The notes beneath the pieces were generated by a model. That model was not told the DNA's origin, searched no databases, and saw only the letters and a program-made list of their open reading frames with translations. Position numbers and translations under genes: made by a program. A stretch of 64,000 nucleotides of DNA, from contig CAZRJB010000002.1 in the NCBI GenBank assembly GCA_964600435.1, forward strand, positions 36,150 to 100,149. Reading direction: 5' to 3'. This DNA is from an uncultured Lachnospiraceae bacterium. GTDB taxonomy: Bacteria > Bacillota > Clostridia > Christensenellales > UBA1242. Shown piece by piece: positions 40,401 through 52,400 of the stretch (the first letter of the stretch is position 1; each line of letters opens with the position of its first letter).

Positions 40401-43400
40401 CCCGCATTAACGTTGCCATAGACCGCAACTTGTGTATAAGTTGTGTCAGAAGACATGCCCCCTGCAATTCCACCTGCATAAGCAAGAGCTGACCTTTCTT
40501 GATATATGTTTATGGCACCATTGAAATAATAACCCAACGTTCCATCTCCACTTAAAACAAAAGTAAAGTCATTCGCTAATGTTCCATTTGTCTGGAGATA
40601 ATCTTGAGCATTTAAAAGATTAGCATTATAATCTGAAAAATATCTAGCTAAATACTCTTGAACATTGTTTTCATCTTTAAAATCAAAAGCATAAACTAAT
40701 CCTGCTTTGTCCCACCAATCATTTTTAATTGAATTACTTTCATTCTCAATAATGCGGCAAACTGTTTTATCTCTAAACTTCATTGAAAATTTTGAATTGT
40801 TGGTTTTTTGTTGTGATTCTTCGAAATTATAACTATCGTCCCAACTGCCTTGAGTCATTGTTATGGTAAAATCAACGCCATTTTCAGATGCTGAAATTTT
40901 TGTTATGGTAAATTTGTAACCCTGCGTTGAACCACTCGCGACTGCACTTGAACTATTTATCGGATATTCTAAATAGTAATTGTATTGTTTTGGGGTTTCT
41001 CCGCTTTCTCTCTTTGCATTATCATAGATATATTCAGTATCCCAACCGGTAGGGTTATCGGATGAGTGTAAATCTACATTTTTATTTGCTATGATGATTT
41101 TGTTACTTGAATTTGCAGTTTTATCCTCAATTATCAAACTAAAATAACCTGAATCATCTTTAAAACTTTTCGTTGTAATTTTTTCAAAAAATGCTTTGTA
41201 AATTGGGATTCTTGACAGGTCAATTATCGTGCCGCCTGTAAACATGTTGTAAATTGAGGCAAGATCATCACTAGATGTACCTTTGCTTTTTATAACATTG
41301 TCTATGCTTACTGCATCGTCGTAATAAACTCGTGAAGTGCCGTCTTGTGTTTTTTCAACAAGTCCAGTTTCACTGTTTAGTGAATAAGCGTAAACACTGA
41401 TTGTTTCTGTTGTTGTTGATACATCGTCGCCAGAGCCTGTGGTGGTGGTTTTTGTTGTGTTTTTTAATGGTGTGGTTTTTTGCCAAACTGACATTGCCGC
41501 AACGTTTGAAATATTTGCACAATTTTTGATTGTCCCTGAGTTTGAAAAACCCACAACTCCCCCTGCATAGGCAACCATTTGATAACGTTCATCACCAACA
41601 AAAACTGCATATTGATTGTCTCCACAAGAATAAGCTGTGTAACATTGTTCGATTAATGGTCGTGTTGGTTTAGTAACTTGTGTTGCTGCGACATTTGCAG
41701 TTGAAAATGCTCCATTTATTCCAACAATGCCGCCAACATATGCATATCCACTTGTTTTAACAAAAATTTGAGATGTATATTCTTTAATGCAAGAACCTTG
41801 TATTGTTGTACTGTTTGTGTCTGTTTCCATTAAATGTGGACCTTTATTGTCATTGGTTTGTTCTATACACTCTGTTAACACATCACCACTTTCTGTAACA
41901 TGAAGTGTTTGGAATTGAGAAGGTTGTTTTAAGCTTAATCTTTCAGCCGTGCCTAAGTTTTCACCAATGAATGCACCAAACACAACGATTGAAGATTCAT
42001 CTAAACTTTCCTCAATTACAGTAACAGCCCCACTAAATGTACTGCTTTCCACGGTGCCGGAGTTTTGTCCAACAAAGCCGCCTAATGTATAGCCAGTACT
42101 TGTATGTGTTGCTTTTGCGGAAATATCTATTTTAAAAGCAGAATTTTTTATTGTGCCATTGTTTATGCTTGCCAAAACGCCATAATAACCTCCTGCACTG
42201 GTTGAAGTGATTGTTGCAACGGAGACTGTGTCGCCAGCGGATAGAGTATTATCACTTAGTTTAATTTCTTTCGGTTCGGTGTAATCTTCCAAATTAATGT
42301 TGTCCAAGGTCGCATTTGGGCCAATTGTGCCAATAATGCCTGTGGCACCTTGAAGAACAATTGCCCCAAATTTCAAGTTTTGAATGGTTATGATTTTTGT
42401 GTTTTGTGGGTTTTGTGAGTCAGTGTTTCCAATTGAATGGAACAAATTTTTTGTTAGGTTAAGGTTATAAAGACCATTATTCATGCCTTCAATGATTGTA
42501 TCGTAAGATGTGTTGCCGGTGATTTCGATGCTATCGCTATAAGCATCTCCAGTGTAGCACACGTTGATGTCGTTTATTAAAACAAATTTGCTGTGGATTG
42601 TCATTAAACCACTTAATTTTTTTAGCACTGTTAGGTTTGGAATTGTGAAGTAATAGGTTGAAGATGCTTCGGGTTTTAATGTTTTTTGTCCACTAACAAG
42701 ATCCGTTGTATATAAATCATTTGCATAAAGCCCTTTAAACACAATTGTTGAATCATTAGAAGATGGGGTTGAGGTTGAGGTTGATGGCTCGGAAGCTGGG
42801 TCGGAACCATCGCCACTTGCGCCACTTGGTGTGTTTTGGCTTGAATCATCTTGTCTTTCAAGCATTGTAACACGTTTTGAATATGTGATGCCTGCAAAAG
42901 GTCCGCCAGAAATTGTTGGATAGTTATGATTATATAACGAGTTACAAGCAAAGTAGTCTTTTGAACCATTTACATAACTTGAAGTCTCATAAATTGTTTT
43001 ATCTTGGTCTGAATCTTTTATTGTAATTTCACAAGCATCGCTTTCGCCAACGACACCTGTTGGAAGGTTGGCATCAATGCCAACGCCTTTTGCCATAACA
43101 ATTGTGTAACAGTTGTTAATGTTGTAGCTATAATCAGTAGATTTTATATATTTATTGTTACTTACTGTATAAGCTACAGGTGCAAACAAGGTATGTTGTT
43201 TGTTTAATTCGCCCTTTTTGTTAAAGTCAGTTTGTGTAACTTTACCAACACTCACATAACCATTGTTAATGCCGGATGCATAACTGAATTCAATTGTGCC
43301 TGAGTTTTCTGCAACAAAGCCGTGGCAAGTAACACTTTCCTTATTTGTTTGAATTTTGATGTTTGTGTTAGAGCCAAAAACGTAACCCGTGTTTTTGTGA

Positions 43401-46400
43401 ACAAAGCCTGCAACGGCTTCAACTTTTGTTTGATCAGGAAGTATAATTTGAAGAGGTGAACTAGATGTATGTGATACATTATTATTCAAATATGCTTGGA
43501 ATTGAGTGTTGCCTGTGTTGAACACATTAAGAGTTTCTTGAACACTGCAAACGTACACAATGCCATTGTTTGTGTTAACAAAACCTGCCGCATTTGTGAA
43601 TGCAGAGCTTGCATTATTTAAGTTTATATTAGATGGCATTGGTGTTGAACCAGATTCATCAATATACACTCTTGCAACAACACCCGAAACAGCACTTGTT
43701 TCAGAAATTGTGTTAAATGGAGTGTGGTTTGACCAAATTTCTGCCCCAGCAGAGAACAAAATTGCATTATTTAAAGAAATTTGATAATCCAATGGGCTTA
43801 TATCGCCCCACGTTGCAGGGGCATCACCAAGGTTTATGTAAAGTTTTCTTGTTTTTGTGCTGCCATATTCAACAACATGTTTATCAGTACTTTCTTGTTT
43901 ATAGAATACCTCATCTGTTGAACCTGACTCCGGTTTTTGGTCATAAGCACTATCATCATCCAATTCCATAGCATTAAGTTTTGAACCTTGAGGAGCATTG
44001 TCTTGCAACAATATAATAATTTCAGGACGTGAATCTGTTCCACCGGTTAAATCTTGAGTAAATGTTCCAAAATCACAATTTGTTGTGATAGATGTTTGTG
44101 AACTTACAGACAATGTTACGGCTGAGCAATATTGGGCATTGCCAGTTAGAGCTACACCAGTTGCACACTTTATTACCGCATCCAAGCTGTCGCTTTGTGT
44201 GGTTGCAAACACTGTTGTTAAGGCAATAACTTTTGTATTGCCAGCACTTTTTTCAAATGTGATGCTTGTGTTAGCATTGTCTTCTTTTGCAGCAAAACCA
44301 ACAATGCCGGCAAAATTTTGATTAACTGATTGTGTTCCAATGTTTTTAGCAGGCAAGTTAAGTTCTCCGGATGCCACACAATTTGAAATTGTGAGCGAAT
44401 TGCCACTGCTAACAAACCCTACAATTCCACCAACATTTACATTTGAAAATTCATATTTGTTTTGTTTGCCAGTTTCGCTGACTTTAAAGCCAATTGTTCC
44501 TTCATAAATTGTGTTGCAAATTGAACCGCTGCCAGTGGTACCAGCAGTGCCATATGCACCACCAATGTTTAGATAAGTCACTGTGATTGGGGTATTAGAA
44601 GCACCTTGTTCAACACCTCCAACATCAATCGTTAGGTCACCATAATAAGCAACATAGCCTGGATTGCTGGCGTCGGTGGTTGATACGTTTTCTACTCCGC
44701 CTGCAACACCACCAATATAGTTGTTTGTTGATGCAAAAGTGTCAATTGTTAATGGTTTAAATACATAGTTTAGATTATTATCTTTATAAGCACCAAACAC
44801 AATCAAGCCGTTTATTGTTAACGTTTTAGCATGTCCGCATGCATTGCCTAAATACAATGTTTTATAGTTTTCTAAGTTTGAAACTGAAATGTTAAAAGCA
44901 TAATAAACAGGGTTTTCTTTGTCTTTGCCATTTAAAGTGAATGTGCCTTTTACATCACCAACCAAACCACCAATATAAATTGTTTTATCTGCACTGTCAC
45001 CAGAAGTTCCTTCAACTTCCAAAGTAACATTATTGGAAATGTTTAATGAACTTATTGTTATATTGCCAGTTACAGAACCAGCTACCAAACCTATTGATGT
45101 TTCAATTCCAGAATTAGGTCCCACGGTTAAGGTTCCACCATTAATATTTACATTTGAAATGGTTGCACTAGCGCCTGAACCAAACAACAAACCATAGATT
45201 ACGGCACTATTAGAAGTGTTTGGTGTTGAGACTGTGACTATAACATTGCTATTAATTAATATGTCTTGAATTGTAACCTCAGAACCGGTGTGTGCACCAA
45301 ACAACAAGCCTGCATTGTTTGCTTGTGATGGAGTAAGTTGGCAGTCAGAATCAAAAGAGATTCCTTCAAATTTGCCGCCCTGGGTTGTTGCGGTTAAAAG
45401 TGCTGAGTTACCATTGTATACATAGCTAGTTCTGCAGTTTATTAAAGAAATTTTTTGGTATGTAACATTATTTGAAGAAATAACCAAAGGTGATGCGCAA
45501 CCCTGCAAAATTAAATCTGAAATTGTGCAATTTTGTGCTTGTGTGAACAATGGGCTGTGAAGGTTTTTAAAACCATCTTTGTTTGTTGCTCCATAAATGT
45601 CGCCCCTAATTACACCCAAAGTTGTGTACCAATTTGAGCAGTCAATTAAAATTTCATCATCGTTTAGCTTTGATGTGTCACCTTTAACAAGGAAAATTGC
45701 ATCATCTTCATTTCCGTGAAGAATAAATTTATAGAAATCATTTACAGACTCAATAATGTAAGTTGAAGTTGGATATATATAGTTTATATGTGGGAAAGTT
45801 TCGTTAAAATCACGTGACCAGTTTTTATCTTTATACCAGCCATTTTCTTTAAACATTAAGTCTATTGTTGCGCCGTCGTCACTAATTATGCCAGGGTAAG
45901 AATAGTAAGAGGTTATGCCTGCAGCTGAATTGCTTGATGTGCTTTTATCAACAGCAACATCACCTTCACCCTCAAATTGCACTTTTTTAATTGTGTAGAT
46001 TGATGAAGATGTTGTGTTTGAACCTGTTGATTCCTCAAAATAAGCTCCATCGCCAAGAATTCCACCAATGTTCTTATAGCTTGGGTCTTTAAATTTTTCA
46101 TATGAATTATGACCCCAATAGTTTAGAGCATTAACCATTATTAATTGTGGATGACCCAGTAAGTTGTCTTTATTGACAGCCACTTTATCTCCATTTATTT
46201 CACATTTGCCAAAAATTCCACCAATTTTTGCATTGGCAGCATTTGAATACACGTCACCAATTGCATAAATTTCATTTAAAATTAACCAGTCATCTGTTAA
46301 TTCATCAGAATCCTGATTTATTTTATATGAATAGCCAACAATACCTCCGGCATTTTTTGCGTATTGATTTATAACATTAATTTTTGAATAACCAATGCTA

Positions 46401-49400
46401 AGTTTTCCGCTATAAGCACCGCCAACCAATCCACCAATTGCAAATGGTTTATAGCCAACATTAGATTCAAAAATGTCTTCCAAGCCGCGGTCAATTGTTG
46501 AATCGCCACCAGCAACTTTATAATATTGTTGCATATTTTTTTCAATTAAGTCTTGCCATTCAGATTCGTGCTCTGCCTTGATTTGATACAAATAGCCACT
46601 GCTGAAACCAACAACACCGCCAGCATAGCAGTTGTAAGCATTTATTTTTGCAATTTTATCTTTTTTGATTGTTAAAGCCAAATCACGAGCAATAACTTGA
46701 GAGCCAACGTGACCAATAACACCACCGGCAGTCATTCCTTGAATAACCAATCCGCCAGAAACGTGAATGTTGATGATGTTTGCAGATTGTTGGTCTTTTG
46801 CAATTTCAGATTCTTTAACTTCTTCAAGATTTCTGTAGAAATCTACAACACCAAAAGCACCACCAGCAATTGACAACTCTGTGTATGAGGATTCTGGTTT
46901 TGTTTTGTCATATATGTTAACCTGTTCACTTTCACAAGAAATGCTTGTATGGTTGGTTGATGTAACAGAAATGTTGTCAACAATAATGTTTGAAACGTTG
47001 GATGTGCCAATAACTCTACCAAAAACACCGCCAGTAACGTTTGCACCAATAATTTTGGTTGTGTTTTTATCTGTGTCAGCCAAACTGTTAGCCTTGATGC
47101 TAATATTAAACGCGCTAGAATTTTTAAGAGTTCCTGCAATTGTTCCAACAAATGTTGTGTGGTCGGCACTAACACCACCCTCAGAAAGTTCAATGTTTAA
47201 ATTTGAAATGCTTGCACCACTTTCTAGAGCCCTAAACAAGCCAAACTCGTCACTTGTTGCGCTTGAGTTTGAAATTGCAAGGTTTTTAATTGTTAAGCCA
47301 TTGCCTTCAAGCGAACCACCCATTTTTGAAATTGATTTTTGTTCACCAGTTAAAACATAGCCAGTTGAAAGCAAATTAACTTTGTATTCTGTTTCTTGTT
47401 CAGATTTTGGAACGAGAGAAAGCATGTCTAAATTATTTACAATTCTATATGAACCGTAAATCTTTTTAAACTCTGTGCTATAGTTATTTTTTATGTCTGT
47501 AGATTTTGATGCACCAAACACTGAGTTAAATTCTTCTGCATCTCTTATGATGATTGGGTTGTTTATTGTGCCAAGTTCATAACCAACGCAATATGGGAAA
47601 AGATATTCAACATCTGTGTTTTGCCCAGTTGTGTTTGCTTTTTTATATCTAATTGATTGAGCAATGTTGTTTGTGTTTACAAGAACAGGTCCGTTTTTTG
47701 CAATTGCCCATGTTCCAGATGCATTTATGCTTGAATCTATAAAACTAAAGCCATAGAATGTTCTGCTTTTGTCAACTTCGGAAACGGCTGTTATTGAAGT
47801 GTTTATAACACTTTCTATTGAAATTTGGTCTGAATCATTTTTAACGTAGTAATAACAAGTGTCAATAACACCACTGTTGTTGTAACCACCAATGTCTTTT
47901 ATTCCTGCAAAATTCATTTGAGTTATATTGTTGTTTATTATTGTGGATGCTGAATATGCACGTTTGATTGTTGCATCTTCACCATTTTCATAAACAAAAC
48001 CTGCACCCAAACGCCCAACTTGCGAACGTGAATTTGTTAAACGCAAGTTGCTATAGCAGTCAGTTATTGTTCCTTGATTTGAGTAAACAAAGCCAGACAT
48101 TATTCCAAGTGCTTCAATTCCGCCAATGTCAGATTGAATGCTGTTTTCGTCTTTAAAGCCACCTTGAGCATAAGACATAACAATTGTTCCAGTGTTTTCT
48201 CCAACAAATCCGGTTGTGGTTTTTGTTTCTTGTTTGTTATATATGTTTTGAATGTTTATGTTTTTAACAAACGAACTTGAAATCACCCCTGAGTTGTTTT
48301 GAACAAAACCTGAAATTGTTCCACTTGCCTTAATTTCAAATTGTTCAGCAGTTATTATTTTTGTTTCTGCAATTCCAATATCAGAAACGCTTTCAACAAT
48401 TGTTTTGCTTGAATTGCCAACTCTTGAGTTTGTTATTGAACCATAATTGTTTAAAACTAAGCCTGCAACATTTGCTTCAACGTTGTCTTCAATTTTTAAG
48501 CCATGTGAGTTTGTTGTGCTAGCCAAATTTGGGTCAAGATACGACATAACATCACAGTTGTAAACCACACCATTGTTGTTGATTGCCAAGCCTGCAACGT
48601 TTATGGTTGTTGCGCCTTGAACAGAAAGTGTTGGCAAATAATATATGTTAACTGTTAAGTTTTTGATTGTTGTTTCTGATGAAATTTGCTTAAACAATGC
48701 ATAGTCAGTTAAAGTTGAATCTTGAGCAAATTCTATAATGTGAATTGCATGGTTGTTTCCATCTAACGACTTAATTTTGTTTGTGTTTTCAATTGTTTTA
48801 AAGTTATACAAGAACAAATCTGCATTTAAAATGTAGTCTTGAGATTGTTCTTCGTTTGAAATGTTTAAAAAGCCAGCAGGGTCAGCAATTTCTTTTGGCA
48901 AATCTTCTGTTGTGTATTGATTGTTTGTGATTGTAAAATCATAAACATATACACCAGTAGAACCATTTGGCATTGTGTAAGGAATTCTTAGGCGCATGTT
49001 AACTTTGCCAGTGTATGCCCCACCTTGAACATATAGTTTTTCGTTGTTAATAAAGAATTTAACATAGTTATCATAAAACTCGTGTTGGTTAATTGAGCCG
49101 TCATTTTCGTTTGTGAGTTTTATTTCTGAGTTTCCGTTAACAAAATACAAATATGATGCCAAATTGTGTGCTGATGTGAAATCGCTTTTTGTAGCACCAA
49201 ATATAAAGCCAGTTCTAACGTTTTCAAAGTAGTAAGTAGCGTTTTCGTTTGTAGCATTAAATTCTTTTTTGAAGTTGGCTGATGCTTTTACGTTTTCAGA
49301 CAAAGACAACATAAATTCTGACGCATTAAAGTTTGTAACATTAAAGTTTTTATCTAGCGCTCTATACACAACAATGTCGTCTTGTTCAATTTTTGCATCA

Positions 49401-52400
49401 ATCACATAAACAAACATTTCGGAATGCACTTTAATTTCGTTTCCTTGTGAAATTTTTGTGCTTTCTACAACAAGTTTTAATTGTGTGCTATCATTTAGGA
49501 ATGAATAACCATCTTTGAATCTAAGAGTTATGTTATATACCGAATAACCAGCAGCATTATTGTTTAAGCGTTCTATTATGCATTCTATATTACCTACAGG
49601 TTTTCCATCTAATTCAGATTTTTCATTTCCATCATCATCTATTGTTGCTATTTTTATTGATGTGTTAATTTGGTCGCCAGCAACAAGTGCGGTAATGTTA
49701 CTAATTTCAGTTTTTGCCTCTGCATAAACATATACATGAGTTTCTCCGTTTAAAGAGATTTCTGGAGCTTCTGGTGCTTTTACGTATAAAATGAACACTG
49801 ATTGAACATTTTCAATTTTTTTGCCGTTGTAATATGCATTAACAGTTAAAGTGAAAACAGTGTCTGCATCAAAGTTTATGCTTGCATAAATTTTAACAAA
49901 ATATGCGCCAGTTTGATTATTAAAAATTCTTATACCATTTTTGCCATTTATTGATTCAAATCCTTCTGTTGCATTTTTATATGAAGAATTATTATTTTCT
50001 TGAAGTCTGAAAGCAAGAGTTGTGAGTGTGCTAGATTCTGCAACAATTTCAATATAGTCATAAGTTGCATATGTTGGGAACATGTCAACAACAAAAATGC
50101 CTGATTGAGTTGGCAACAAAACAGATGCCGGTTCTTCGAATCTAGAAACACTTACGCCTTCTGTTGTTGCATTTGTTACTTTATATAATGTTGTGTTTAT
50201 GTTTGAAACTGCTTGTGGCAAAATTGTTAGGGTTAAAGTTGTTGAAACATCGTATTTTGAGTTTGAGTTTGATGCTCCTACAACAATTGTGTAGGTTTTG
50301 TCTACCATGTTCAATTTTGCTTTGTTGTCTTCTTTTAGTTCAACAAAAACTTCAAATTTATTTGTTTCAGTTTCACTTTGTTGTACTTTAATATTAAAGA
50401 ATTGAGTAACATCAAGGTTTTGAGCATTTAAAACTTTAATGTCTGCTTCAGTTACTTTGTCGCCTTCTGCATCTGTTGTTAAAGTTGCAACAAAAGAGAA
50501 TGTGTCTTTTGGTTCAATTTCTCCATGGCTAACGTTTGCTGAAATCTCGGTTGTTCCAGTTTTTCTGGTTATTGTGAAATTAGTATCTGTTGATGACAAG
50601 CATAAATAACCATTAATAAGAGTATTAAAATCAGCATGGTTGCTTGTTAATTCAACATAAACTCCAACATCGTCGCTTTTAACAAAGTTTGTGTCCATGT
50701 TTATTGTGTGAACACCTAGTTTTGTGTTTGTTATGTAATTTTTTATGTCTAAAGTTGTGCCATCTATGCCTGTTTGCTCAAAAACAAACCCAAACACAAC
50801 ATCAAATGTGTTTTCTACAAGTTCAATAGAAACACCAGAAACACTAATGCTGTGATTCAATTTTGTAATTATTTCTGCTGTTTGCCCAACAACAATTTGA
50901 ATGTTTGTTGAAGAAGAAATTGTATTGCCGTTGTGAGTGATTGTAAAATTTGAGAAATAGTGCATTGACACCAAGTCAATTTTGACACTTGTTGTGAAAT
51001 CATATTGGCTAGAAACTTCTAAAACAAATTCCCCAACACCATATAGAGTGATTGAGTTAGCACTAACACTAACAAAATTGCATGCAGAACCATCTTTGTT
51101 TAATGCACGAACTTTTAAATCATCGATTTTAATTGAGGTTGAAGTTGAAGAAAGCAAATCACTAAGTGCTATTGTGTTTTTACCATTTAACAATGATTGT
51201 TTTGAAGAGTCTTTTGCTTGATAATAGAAAACAATGCCTTTGGTTTCATGGCCATAAGATTTTTCTGTTGTTTCTTTAACGGAAATTGTGCCAAGAGCTT
51301 TGTCTTCGTAATTTTCTGTTGTGATGTCTGTGCTGTTTTTGTCAGAAAAATCTTTGGAGCCTCCGCCAATCACTCCGTTGATGTAAATTGTTTGATTTGT
51401 TGTTGTATCTGTTGTTTCAACAACTTTGTTTGAATCGTTTATATTAAATTTTGCAATTATTATTTTGCAATCTGAAATTGTGCCTGTGGTTGTTAAGTTT
51501 GTTCCCGCAATGGCATTTGCTGTTTTGTTGGTTAAGTCAGAAACATCAATTGAGCCGGCAAAACAACAGTTTGAAATTGTGCCTATGTTTGTTCCAACCA
51601 ACCCGCCTGGGTTTTCATTTTTTGCGATTAAAACACTTGGAACATATTGGTTATTATATATATAAGTTGTAACATTAACATTTTTAATTGTTCCATTGTT
51701 TGTTTCTGCAACAAAACCAATGTTGACAGTGTTATCTGTTTGTGTAACAGTTCCACATATGTTCAAATTTTCAATGTGTGCATCTGCACCTAATGTTTTA
51801 AACAAAGATGTTGATGTTAATTGAATTGTTGCACATGCTGATGATGTGTCGTCTGAATATCTTTTTCCGTATAATCCACCATAAAATGTGCTAAATAAGA
51901 AATTGGTTTCATTATGTATATATGTTGTTGGAATGGTTAAAACATAGTGCTTGCTTGAATCTTTTATTTCGCTCAAACTTGTTATTTCAAATGCGGTTGC
52001 ATAAGATTCTCCGTCTGCAACAACAATTGGAACTAGCACTTTTTTTGCTGTTGAATTGGTATCTTTTGGAGTTATTTCAATAATTCCTGTGCCACCAGTG
52101 TTGCCCAAAACTGTGATTGTTCCGTTAGGAGTTATTGACAAAATATCTTTAGATGTGTTGTTTGTTGGAGAAAACTCAATTTCTAATTCTTTTTCGAGAG
52201 CTTCTGCTGGAGTGATTTCAAAATTAAGTTTAAATTGTTTAGCATCATTTTTAGACAAATCTATATAAATTTGTTTATATGTTTTTGTCGATTCGGTTAT
52301 GCCTTGCAAATCCAAATTTGTTATAGAAACATCACCAACAATTTTTGTTTCAATTATATTGACAATTACAACATATTTTACAAACGATTTTAAATTTGTA

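Noticed and set aside
35850-47360. Long plus-strand ORFs inside the giant gene (for example 35850-36179, 38691-39041, 46881-47360) as overlapping antisense genes.
   Set aside because: They lie antisense to a strongly supported coding frame, lack SD sequences and give low-complexity hydrophobic translations. They are explained by the biased codon composition of the repeats.
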